Assembly: GCA_018817905.1 (NCBI GenBank)
Contig: JAHISS010000087.1
Location: 985-64,984, forward strand
DNA: 64,000 nt
Direction of reading: 5' to 3'
Origin: Nanobdellota archaeon
GTDB lineage: Archaea > Nanobdellota > Nanobdellia > Pacearchaeales > GW2011-AR1
In this document: piece by piece, positions 15,750 through 22,895 of the stretch
Numbering within the stretch: position 1 is the stretch's first letter
Layout: the number at the start of each line of letters is the position of its first letter
The notes under the pieces: generated by a model
Told to the model about the DNA's origin: nothing
What the model saw: the letters and a program-made list of their open reading frames with translations, nothing else
The model's database searches: none
Translations under genes and position numbers: made by a program

Positions 15750-16057
15750 TATTCGATTTCCTCCAAAGCTTTCTTAATTAAAGGATAAAGCGGATGACGC
15801 CTGTTTGCCCAGTAATGATTGTGACTCTTCTGAACAGAAGAGAACGTTCCATTTGGAAAAAGGACAAAACTATAAACCGGAATACAGCCAATAGTGTGGA
15901 AATTCTCCGTGTCCACTACGATAAGACTCCCGTCTTCCATGCCTGCGTATCGTCCTTCTATCCCTGAAGCCTCTCCGATAACTACATTATCTCCAATCTT
16001 AGTGTTTCTCGCATCTTCTGCTGTTCTTACTAACAATGCGGGTCTTCGTGGACTCAT
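15749..16057 (-). CDS. hypothetical protein interleaved in r-protein operon (insert 5, 102 aa, uS17|uL14 junction); weak Rpp29-like motif
   Basis: ATGA overlap with the uS17 stop and TAATG overlap with the uL14 start. GCTTTGGAGGAAATCGAATAATG supplies the uL14 SD. KIGDNVVIGEASGIEGR...IPVYSFVLFPNG loosely recalls the Rpp29 Sm-like pattern (LIGxxVxV..GIEGxVVDET..IPK..xFxF). This assignment is not secure. Confidence 0.6.
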   Translation of the reverse strand: MSPRRPALLVRTAEDARNTKIGDNVVIGEASGIEGRYAGMEDGSLIVVDTENFHTIGCIPVYSFVLFPNGTFSSVQKSHNHYWANRRHPLYPLIKKALEEIE

Positions 16058-16398
16058 TCTCCCCCTCCCTCTTTTTTCCTAATCTTCTCAACAACAATGA
16101 AATGAATCATCTTGCTCAATGGCCTGCATTCCTGGACTTTGATTAAATCACCAATATGGATTTCATGGGCAAGTTCTTCTGGCAAACGGGCGTGGATTCT
16201 TGTTTTCTTTTTGAGAAAGCGCTCGTATTTTTTAATTTTAACTGTGCGCTCGAATTCTATGGCGACTCGGGTTGGGAATTTCCTTGTGACAACTCCTTGA
16301 AAAATCCTGCCGCGGGTTGAGACTTTAGTTCTGACTAAGTTTTCTGTTTTCTTTTTTGTGGATTTCTCTATCTGTTTTTTCTTTGACGTTTCTGTCAT
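16054..16398 (-). CDS. rps17: 30S ribosomal protein uS17
   Basis: 114 aa. GRIFQGVVTRKFPTRVAIEFERTVKIKKYERFLKKKTRIHA..IGDLIKVQECRPLSK is the uS17 OB-fold signature. Confidence 0.92.
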   Translation of the reverse strand: MTETSKKKQIEKSTKKKTENLVRTKVSTRGRIFQGVVTRKFPTRVAIEFERTVKIKKYERFLKKKTRIHARLPEELAHEIHIGDLIKVQECRPLSKMIHFIVVEKIRKKEGGGE

Positions 16399-16424
16399 TT
16401 TCTCTTTGCTTTGCGATGTGCGAG

Positions 16425-16721
16425 TTAATCGCTGATGGACTCTTCGGGAAAGCCTAGCTTCACAAGAATCGGCCGGAGCTTTTTCTTGTGGTCGCCTTGC
16501 AGTTCGATGACGCCGTTTTTAGACGTGCCGCCGCATGCCAGTTCTTCTTTCAGGCGTTTTCCTGTTGCCTTGATGTCCACGTGTTTGTCAAACCCCTCGA
16601 CAAGTGTTATTTTTTTTCCGTATCTCCTTGTCTCGGTGCGCACTTTTATGTGCTGTTCGCTTTTAGCGATTTCTTCAAACACATCGGTTTCTGTTGGTAA
16701 ACCGAATTCGTTTGAATCCAT
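16425..16721 (-). CDS. sui1: translation initiation factor aIF1 (SUI1)
   Basis: 98 aa. IKVRTETRRYGKKITLVEGF...LKEELACGGTSKNGVIELQGDHKKKL is the SUI1 signature. Confidence 0.9.
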   Translation of the reverse strand: MDSNEFGLPTETDVFEEIAKSEQHIKVRTETRRYGKKITLVEGFDKHVDIKATGKRLKEELACGGTSKNGVIELQGDHKKKLRPILVKLGFPEESISD

Positions 16722-16942
16722 TATTTCTTTTTCAACCCATCCTCTTTCAAGGATTTGTTGAATTTTTCTGATTTCATGAATGTATTTAATCGTGAAATTG
16801 CCCTTTTAATCTCTTTGGTTTTAGCATTTGTCTTGTTTGCAGCGACATTTGCTCTGACCAGTTCCATTTTCAAATCTTTTAACTTGCTATCTCTCTCCCT
16901 TGCTGTCATCTTTGCTATTTCTTTTGATTTTAGGATTGCCAT
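16721..16942 (-). CDS. rpl29: 50S ribosomal protein uL29
   Basis: 73 aa. ILKSKEIAKMTARERDSKLKDLKMELVRANVAANKTNAKTKEIKRAISRLNT is typical uL29. Confidence 0.9.
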   Translation of the reverse strand: MAILKSKEIAKMTARERDSKLKDLKMELVRANVAANKTNAKTKEIKRAISRLNTFMKSEKFNKSLKEDGLKKK

Positions 16943-16948
16943 TTTATG

Positions 16949-17254
16949 CTATTGAACCTCCCCAGGTATATTACTTCTCCTTCTTAGTTCAGTTAATTCT
17001 TGTTCTAACTCTCCTAATGAAGACATCAATTCTACTCTCATTTGACTGGGCGCTTTTTGTGATAAATGATCTGTGGGAATGCAGGGAAGTTCTTGGCTAA
17101 TGAATTGATACACCTCTACATCCAAACTTGCCAATTGGTCAAGGAGTCCTGAATATCCTGGCAAGCCAACAGTTTGAACACCTTGCACTCTCTTTGTAAG
17201 ACTCTGGGTTTGTTTATAGAGTTCTTCGTATACTTCTCGGCCTTGTGCAATCAT
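16949..17254 (-). CDS. hypothetical protein interleaved in r-protein operon (insert 4, 101 aa, uS3|uL29 junction)
   Basis: ATGA overlap with the uS3 stop. Last codons GGGGAGGTTCAATAG give the SD for uL29, 6 nt downstream. Gln/Leu/Glu-rich and helical-looking. Confidence 0.62.
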   Translation of the reverse strand: MIAQGREVYEELYKQTQSLTKRVQGVQTVGLPGYSGLLDQLASLDVEVYQFISQELPCIPTDHLSQKAPSQMRVELMSSLGELEQELTELRRRSNIPGEVQ

Positions 17255-17973
17255 TCTTTTTCCTCCTCAACTTTCTTAGGCGCTTTCTTTTTGACTGTCT
17301 TCTTATCTGTCTTTTTCTTAACTTCGGTTTCTTCTTGCTGGTTCATTTCTTCTAAAGTAACCTTTATTTTTTGTCTGAGAGCTTCATCAATTTTTATTTG
17401 GTCGTGAAGTTCTGCTTCTGGTCTGAGAATAGCGACTTTGACACCGACAACTCCGGCGATTGTTGTTGCCTGGCTTTGGGCCCTGTTGACTACTTTTGCG
17501 GTATCGCCGGTTTTTTTCAAATAACCCTGGGTGAATCTCCAGGTTCTGGCTCTGTCGCTTGGCAGTTTTCCTGACAAAACAATTTCTGTTCCTAAAGCTC
17601 CTGCTTTCATTATCTGTTGTAATGTTCTGTAAGCGATAACTTTGAATTTTAATGAGCCTCTTCTTTCAAGTAACAAAGCGATGTCATCTGCAACTAATTG
17701 CGCGTCAAGCACTGGCTGCGTAATTTCTACAATTTCAATGTGCGGATTGTCGAGGTTGAATCTTTTTTTAAGTATTCTTGTCAGCTCGTCTATTTTTTCG
17801 CCTTTCCTTCCAATTACTAATCCTGGACGCGAAGTGAAAACTTTTATTTTTTCTCCTACTGGCGTATACTCAATGCTGACGTCGCTGATTTTTCCCTTCC
17901 CCAAACTATTTTTGATGTAATCTCTTACTCTGAACTCATCTTTCTTAAACGCGACAAATCTTTTTTCTTCCAT
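17251..17973 (-). CDS. rps3: 30S ribosomal protein uS3 with Lys/Glu-rich C-terminal tail
   Basis: 240 aa. KH-domain region PGLVIGRKGEKIDELT and GALGTEIVLSGKLPSDRARTWRF. The last 40 aa or so are a KE-rich tail. Confidence 0.92.
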   Translation of the reverse strand: MEEKRFVAFKKDEFRVRDYIKNSLGKGKISDVSIEYTPVGEKIKVFTSRPGLVIGRKGEKIDELTRILKKRFNLDNPHIEIVEITQPVLDAQLVADDIALLLERRGSLKFKVIAYRTLQQIMKAGALGTEIVLSGKLPSDRARTWRFTQGYLKKTGDTAKVVNRAQSQATTIAGVVGVKVAILRPEAELHDQIKIDEALRQKIKVTLEEMNQQEETEVKKKTDKKTVKKKAPKKVEEEKE

Positions 17974-17974
17974 T

Positions 17975-18415
17975 TTATGCGAAAACCTCCCTTAGCACTC
18001 TTAAAGCGTTATCTCTTTTTTTCCAATCTGGGTTCGTTACTCTGAGATAAGACCTGCCGTGACCTTCATCAGTAAAATGTTCTACGGTGCAATCTCTCAC
18101 ATGATAAATAAGGGAGGTTGAATCATGATATGCGCTATGATCTGGACTTGTAATGGGGGCACTAAAGTCTGTATCGCCAAAGCAGAGTATAATCGGATTA
18201 TCAATTCTGCGTTGAGGACTGGCTAATTTGGCTAATGCATTTCCTAAGTTTGCATTAGCACTTGTCACAAATTCTAACATTTCATGCATTTCAGGAAAAT
18301 CCCCCGCATCAAAGATATATAAATCAAACTCGTCGTCTCTGGCTGAACCGATTTTCCATTCAAACCCCCCAATACGATTTTGTCCAATTAACTTTTGTTG
18401 TGTTGCTTTTGCCAT
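17975..18415 (-). CDS. hypothetical protein interleaved in r-protein operon (insert 3, 146 aa, uL22|uS3 junction)
   Basis: Start overlaps the uL22 stop (TAATG). Last codons GGGAGGTTTTCGCATAA supply the SD for uS3, 1 nt downstream. Asp/His-rich (DHSAYHDSTSLIYH, HFTDEGHG). No family recognised. Confidence 0.65.
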   Translation of the reverse strand: MAKATQQKLIGQNRIGGFEWKIGSARDDEFDLYIFDAGDFPEMHEMLEFVTSANANLGNALAKLASPQRRIDNPIILCFGDTDFSAPITSPDHSAYHDSTSLIYHVRDCTVEHFTDEGHGRSYLRVTNPDWKKRDNALRVLREVFA

Positions 18416-19029
18416 TATTCCTTTCCTCCTTGTTTCTTAGGAAATTCCTTTGCTTTTAGAATAATGTTTGTCCTCTTTGATAATGTGCCGCCGCGACGCA
18501 TTTGTCTTCGCGCCCAAGAAGCAGAGGCGATGGAAATTCGCGTGGTTTCAAGTTCAAGTCCGTTTGTTATCGCGTTGCCTTTCAAAGCTTTCAAAAGATT
18601 AATAAAATATCCTGATGCTTTAATCGGGTATCTGCCTCGCTCCATGCTCCCTTTTCTGTGCGGCGTTTCTCCCCTGAACGGAACTGCCTGCTTAAACTTG
18701 GAAACTTTCTCAACGTCAGAAATTGCCTGGTCTATTTTTTTGTTTTTGATAAATCTGCAAAGATACACTGAATGTTTTTTCGAAATCGGCAATCCTGCGC
18801 CTCTGGCAATTGCTTCTTCTTTCTTAACTTTAGGAATTTCTTTCTTTTTTTCTTCCTTCTTCTCTGACTTTTCTTCAACTTTATCTTCCAATTTTTCTTC
18901 AGCTGTTTCTTTTTTTTCTTGCCTCATCTTTTCTTCTATTTCTTTGGTTTTTTCTTTGTCGACTGGCAACGGCTTTGCTTCTATCTTTTTCTTTTTTTCT
19001 TCTGCTGGTTGTTTATTTTCTTCTTTCAT
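18415..19029 (-). CDS. rpl22: 50S ribosomal protein uL22 with a ~75-aa Lys/Glu-rich N-terminal extension
   Basis: 204 aa. Core ARGAGLPISKKHSVYLCRFIKNKKIDQAISDVE...PFRGETPHRKG..GRYPIKA. Confidence 0.9.
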   Translation of the reverse strand: MKEENKQPAEEKKKKIEAKPLPVDKEKTKEIEEKMRQEKKETAEEKLEDKVEEKSEKKEEKKKEIPKVKKEEAIARGAGLPISKKHSVYLCRFIKNKKIDQAISDVEKVSKFKQAVPFRGETPHRKGSMERGRYPIKASGYFINLLKALKGNAITNGLELETTRISIASASWARRQMRRGGTLSKRTNIILKAKEFPKKQGGKE

Positions 19030-19030
19030 T

Positions 19031-19447
19031 TTATTTCTTCATTGCTCTCGATGATTTAGTTGCTCCGATTCCTGCGCTGCCGTGGTTTACTCTTGTTCGC
19101 GTTGGTGCGAATTCTCCCAACCGGTGTCCAATCATTTCAAAAGTTATTAGAACTTCTTGGAAATTTTTTCCGTTGTGAACGCCGATTGTCAAACCAACAA
19201 GTTTGGGAACTATGACTATGTCTCTTAGATGTGTCCTGATTTTTTTGCCTTTTGCAACTTTTCTATCGCATCTTTTTATGAATTTTTCAATTGAATCAAA
19301 AGTTCTTAAGACAGTTCTCCTGCTGCGTGAAGGAAGGAACTTGGCTATCTCTCTTGCATCTAGGGTTTTTAATTCTTCTATGGGCCTGCCTCTGTAAATT
19401 TGTTCTCTTCGCTTTACTTTTTCTTTTTCTTTCTTTTTGTGTGCCAT
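19031..19447 (-). CDS. rps19: 30S ribosomal protein uS19
   Basis: Track ORF trimmed to MAHKKKEKEK (ATG at 19447), 1 nt after the uL2 stop. Core GLTIGVHNGKNFQEVLITFEMIGHRLGEFAPTR. Confidence 0.9.
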   Translation of the reverse strand: MAHKKKEKEKVKRREQIYRGRPIEELKTLDAREIAKFLPSRSRRTVLRTFDSIEKFIKRCDRKVAKGKKIRTHLRDIVIVPKLVGLTIGVHNGKNFQEVLITFEMIGHRLGEFAPTRTRVNHGSAGIGATKSSRAMKK

Positions 19448-19448
19448 T

Positions 19449-20150
19449 TTATTTCCTACAACCTGTTCTTCTTGGACGAACATGCCCAACTTTTCTTCCT
19501 GGGGGAGCGTTACGTTTTGCTATCTTTTGTTTGACTCTCTTGCCTCGGCCAGAACCAAACGGGTGGTCTACTGCGTTAGCTTTTACTGCGGAAGTTCTCG
19601 GCCATAATTTTGATTTTGCTTTCATCTTGTAATACTTTTTCCCAGCTGTGACAAAAGGCTTTGCGACGCGGCCGTCACCGGCAATTCTTCCGATTGTTGC
19701 GCGACAGTTCTCGTTGAGGGTTACAACTTTCTTATTGGGCATGGTGACTGTTACTTCTGTGTTTTCTAATTTTTTTGAGAGTATTGCTGACGAGCCAGCT
19801 GTTCGCATCATTTTTCCTCCGTCTCCAGGATTTTTCTCTATGTTAAAAATATGAGTTCCTGGAGGTATTTTGTTTAATGGTAAAATGTTTCCTTCTCCGG
19901 GACTGGTGTTAATGGAAATTTTTTGCCCGACAAATGCGCCGTTGAACGCAGCGTTGTAGAAAGTTTTGTTCTTGATTTGGACTTTCATCAATGGAGCAGA
20001 ATGTGCGGCAGAATGGATGATTGCGATAATCTCTGCCTCGCCTTGTGCTTCGACTGGAGGATAAGCAATCTTTTTGTTGAACGCTTTCTTTCTGACTCTG
20101 TAAGTTAAACTTCCCTTGCCCCGCGCTTGTTGAATTATTCGTTTTCCCAT
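19449..20150 (-). CDS. rpl2: 50S ribosomal protein uL2
   Basis: 233 aa. GKRIIQQARGKGS..., NAVDHPFGSGRGKR and PGRKVG are uL2 hallmarks. Confidence 0.93.
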   Translation of the reverse strand: MGKRIIQQARGKGSLTYRVRKKAFNKKIAYPPVEAQGEAEIIAIIHSAAHSAPLMKVQIKNKTFYNAAFNGAFVGQKISINTSPGEGNILPLNKIPPGTHIFNIEKNPGDGGKMMRTAGSSAILSKKLENTEVTVTMPNKKVVTLNENCRATIGRIAGDGRVAKPFVTAGKKYYKMKAKSKLWPRTSAVKANAVDHPFGSGRGKRVKQKIAKRNAPPGRKVGHVRPRRTGCRK

Positions 20151-20151
20151 T

Positions 20152-20499
20152 TTATTCTCTTCTTCTAAGATTTACTTCTACCATGTCATCAAACAACTCC
20201 TTGTATCTTACATCACTTTGGTCTAAGGTGATATATCTACCACCAAGAGTTGTAACTATTCCATTCTTCCCAAATCTAAGCCCATTTTCAGACACGATAA
20301 ATAAATAAATGGAATCTCTTGTGCGTGGGAAAGCAAACGAGAAGTCTCCTTCTTCTGAACCTCGATATTGGGCTAGTGTTCCCCCAGCAGACAAGCCATA
20401 GCCGTCTATTCTTACTACTTTTTTAACCGCCCGATGCAGCTCATCTAAACTATTTACTTGTGTCTCTATATCTTCTATATCCCTTGCTTCTTGTGCCAT
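20152..20499 (-). CDS. hypothetical protein interleaved in r-protein operon (insert 2, 115 aa, uL23|uL2 junction)
   Basis: Start overlaps the uL23 stop (TAATG). 1-nt spacer to the uL2 ATG. Arg 12 vs Lys 4. No family recognised. Confidence 0.65.
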   Translation of the reverse strand: MAQEARDIEDIETQVNSLDELHRAVKKVVRIDGYGLSAGGTLAQYRGSEEGDFSFAFPRTRDSIYLFIVSENGLRFGKNGIVTTLGGRYITLDQSDVRYKELFDDMVEVNLRRRE

Positions 20500-20741
20500 T
20501 ATATCATCCCCAGCTTTGTCGCGACGTCGATGGCTGGGTTCTCCTTTGCAAATTTTACATAAGCATATTTTTTGTTATTGCGAAGCAAGGTCCTGACTTT
20601 TTCAACTTTCACTTTGAATGTTTCTTCTACTTCTTTCTTGATTTCTTCTTTTGAGAATTTTCTCCCAACCTGGAACAAGAGAGTGTTGTCTATGTCCACC
20701 ATTTTTACTGCTTTTTCTGAAGTTATTGGTTTGAGTATCAT
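20499..20741 (-). CDS. rpl23: 50S ribosomal protein uL23
   Basis: 80 aa. ILKPITSEKAVKMVDIDNTLLFQV..KEEIKKEVEETFKVKVEKVRTL is the uL23 signature. Confidence 0.9.
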   Translation of the reverse strand: MILKPITSEKAVKMVDIDNTLLFQVGRKFSKEEIKKEVEETFKVKVEKVRTLLRNNKKYAYVKFAKENPAIDVATKLGMI

Positions 20742-21520
20742 GATGTTTCTTCCTTCTTTTCATTCCCAAGTTCTTTAATTGCTTTGTGAGTGTAAATTGT
20801 CAATCTTCCCAACGGATACAAATCAGCAATGGAAATATCGCCAACTGTCTTCACTTCAACGCCAGAAAACTTCACGTTTTCTTTTTCTGAGATTATCAAA
20901 AGTGCGCCTGCGCTGGATTTGTATTTCCTTCCGCGAAGTTTTCCTTTGCCGGCTCTAACTGCTTTTTTCTTAAATGCGAGAGCAAAACTTTTCCCAAGAA
21001 TATTTTTCATGGCTTGTGCAAGTTCTTTTGTTTTTTTTGGCAGCGACTCTATGACAAAAGGAATGTTTTCAATTTTTTCAAGAGAAAAATATCTTTTCAG
21101 GACAAAGTCTTTTTGCGCAGTCGCGGCAATCGCAGAGTTCATCGCTAACTGGATTTCTTTTTTGTTAATTTTCTTTTCCTTGCCAATTCCTTTTGGGGGA
21201 TGTGCTCTTCGGCCGCCTCTTGAACCTGGGATGTTTGCGCCAACCCAAATAAACTGAGTTCCCCGTCTCGACATTGTTTTTCTTGGAACGCGAGAGATTC
21301 CTCGACCGTAGTGTCCTTTCCAGTCATGTCTTTTGTGAGATATTGTTCCTGAAGCTGACTGACGAAGCCCTGCCCGGGGATTTGAAGAATACGGCTGGAT
21401 GAATTTGTCTGCTTCGAAATATTTTTGGACGATGTCTTTTCTCACGCGGATTTCAAATATCTTGGGTAATTCTATTTGGGATTTTTTCTTTCCGTCGCTT
21501 GAATAAAGTGTTGTTTTCAT
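20738..21520 (-). CDS. rpl4: 50S ribosomal protein uL4
   Basis: Track ORF trimmed to MKTTLYSSDGKKK (ATG at 21520), because the longer form would overlap insert 1. Core SHKRHDWKGHYGRGISRVPR and GGRRAHPPK. Confidence 0.9.
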   Translation of the reverse strand: MKTTLYSSDGKKKSQIELPKIFEIRVRKDIVQKYFEADKFIQPYSSNPRAGLRQSASGTISHKRHDWKGHYGRGISRVPRKTMSRRGTQFIWVGANIPGSRGGRRAHPPKGIGKEKKINKKEIQLAMNSAIAATAQKDFVLKRYFSLEKIENIPFVIESLPKKTKELAQAMKNILGKSFALAFKKKAVRAGKGKLRGRKYKSSAGALLIISEKENVKFSGVEVKTVGDISIADLYPLGRLTIYTHKAIKELGNEKKEETS

Positions 21521-21524
21521 TTTG

Positions 21525-21812
21525 CTAAATATATTGAATATTTCCCCCTGCTTCCAATCTTGCAGATATTTCTGGAATGGACTCAAGGGTTCCAACCCTT
21601 TCGACTGTTTTTCCAGTTTCTGATTCATAAACTCGAGTTAGATAGTCACATGAAGCTAAAACATGAACTCGCATAATCACTAATCTGTCATCAAGTGTCT
21701 GCGCTTTTTCACAATCGCCATTTTCTCTAGCACCCTTAGCAGCCTTTCTAAATAAGTCATGCTTTTTCTTCCAATAAATTACTCTTTCTGCAGCTTTTTT
21801 TAATTCGCTCAT
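21525..21812 (-). CDS. hypothetical protein interleaved in r-protein operon (insert 1, 95 aa, uL3|uL4 junction)
   Basis: 1-nt spacer after the uL3 stop and 4-nt spacer before the uL4 ATG. SD GGAGGT lies within the last uL3 codons. No family recognised. Confidence 0.62.
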   Translation of the reverse strand: MSELKKAAERVIYWKKKHDLFRKAAKGARENGDCEKAQTLDDRLVIMRVHVLASCDYLTRVYESETGKTVERVGTLESIPEISARLEAGGNIQYI

Positions 21813-21813
21813 T

Positions 21814-22755
21814 TTATTTCAAAACCTCCAGAAATTCAAATTTCTTTTTAGATTGCGCTTTGCTTGGTCTTATCGGGGGTGTTAAAAGAATTTGTCTTTT
21901 TTGAGGTCCTGGGACTGAACCCTTGAGGATGATGAAGGAGGTTTTTATTTTGCCGTAGTGAGGGAAGCCTTGTTTGGGATTGACGTCGGTTTCGGAGATT
22001 TTTCCAGAGGTTATGACATTGAGGTTGTAGACGAGCCGCGTGAAGTAACCCATTTGGCCGGCCATTGGCGTTCTGAAGGTTACTCTGGCTGGGTGCCAAG
22101 GTGCTATCGAACCAACTTTTCTAATGCCTTTTTCAGACTTGTGGAATCTTAGCGCGATGCCGAATCGCTTTACCGGACCCTGCATGCCTTTGCCTTTTGT
22201 TAATCCACGGACGTCTAACAGTTCAGATTTCAAGCAATCTGCTAACGTGATTTCTTTTCCAATAAGGCCTTTTGCGAATTCAAGTTTGTTCTCGGATTGA
22301 ATTGCCAGTTCTATCATGTCTGGGGTTTTCTTGATTGAAGTTTGTTTTGGCAGAGAATAAGCGATAAGACGAATGTCGTCATAACCTTCTGGGACGTTGA
22401 CGAGGTTTTTGACTTGCTTCGGAATTTTAACTTTTTTCTTTAGTTCTTTTTCATTTGAAACAATTATTTCAGTCAAAGGGCGATTATGTTTGTAAAACCT
22501 GACGGAGAAGATTTTCATTGATGGAACTTCGAGGATTGTAACAGGAATTGCGATGTGTTTATTTTCTGTTAGGGATTTTTTAGTGAGGTCTTTAACAACT
22601 GCAGTTGCCATGCCTGCCTTGTATGCGATGAATCCTAAAACGCCGTCATCTTTCGAAGAAATAGGTTTCCAGTTTGCGCTCGGCAAAATTTTTGCAGCTC
22701 TCTTTCTAGGCCAGTACTGTAAACTTCCTTTTCTCGGTCTTGATAATTTTGGCAT
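21814..22755 (-). CDS. rpl3: 50S ribosomal protein uL3
   Basis: 313 aa. PRKGSLQYWPRKRA..., GVLGFIAYKAGM, TKGKGMQGPVKRFG are archaeal uL3 hallmarks. First gene of the cluster. Confidence 0.93.
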   Translation of the reverse strand: MPKLSRPRKGSLQYWPRKRAAKILPSANWKPISSKDDGVLGFIAYKAGMATAVVKDLTKKSLTENKHIAIPVTILEVPSMKIFSVRFYKHNRPLTEIIVSNEKELKKKVKIPKQVKNLVNVPEGYDDIRLIAYSLPKQTSIKKTPDMIELAIQSENKLEFAKGLIGKEITLADCLKSELLDVRGLTKGKGMQGPVKRFGIALRFHKSEKGIRKVGSIAPWHPARVTFRTPMAGQMGYFTRLVYNLNVITSGKISETDVNPKQGFPHYGKIKTSFIILKGSVPGPQKRQILLTPPIRPSKAQSKKKFEFLEVLK

Positions 22756-22895
22756 GTGTTGTGTTTACCATTTTGTTTTGGGTGCAACTCTCCCTGTTTA
22801 TGTAAATCTTGAGGGTGAAGATTCCTCTTGATTTGTATTAGATTCTTACGGGTTGAGATGATAATTGGGGTTTTTAAAACTTTGTGGCTTGAGAA

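Noticed and set aside
18395-19054. 219-aa plus-strand ORF in the track, antisense to uL22
   Set aside because: It is a Phe/Ser/Leu-rich shadow of the Lys/Glu-rich (GAA/AAG) uL22 extension on the other strand. uL22 is unambiguous.

The same logic rejects the other antisense or alternate-frame track ORFs across the r-operon, for example 12397-12786, 13401-13766, 20829-21257 and 8689-9021.
20738-21628. Long forms of track ORFs for uL4 (296 aa), PCNA (270 aa, 31495-32307), TrmB (358 aa, 62611-63687), uS19 (152 aa), the Cys-rich protein (54243 start) and insert 6 (15385 start)
   Set aside because: The N-terminal extensions overlap upstream genes or lack similarity to the families. Internal ATGs that restore canonical N-termini and tight junctions were used instead.
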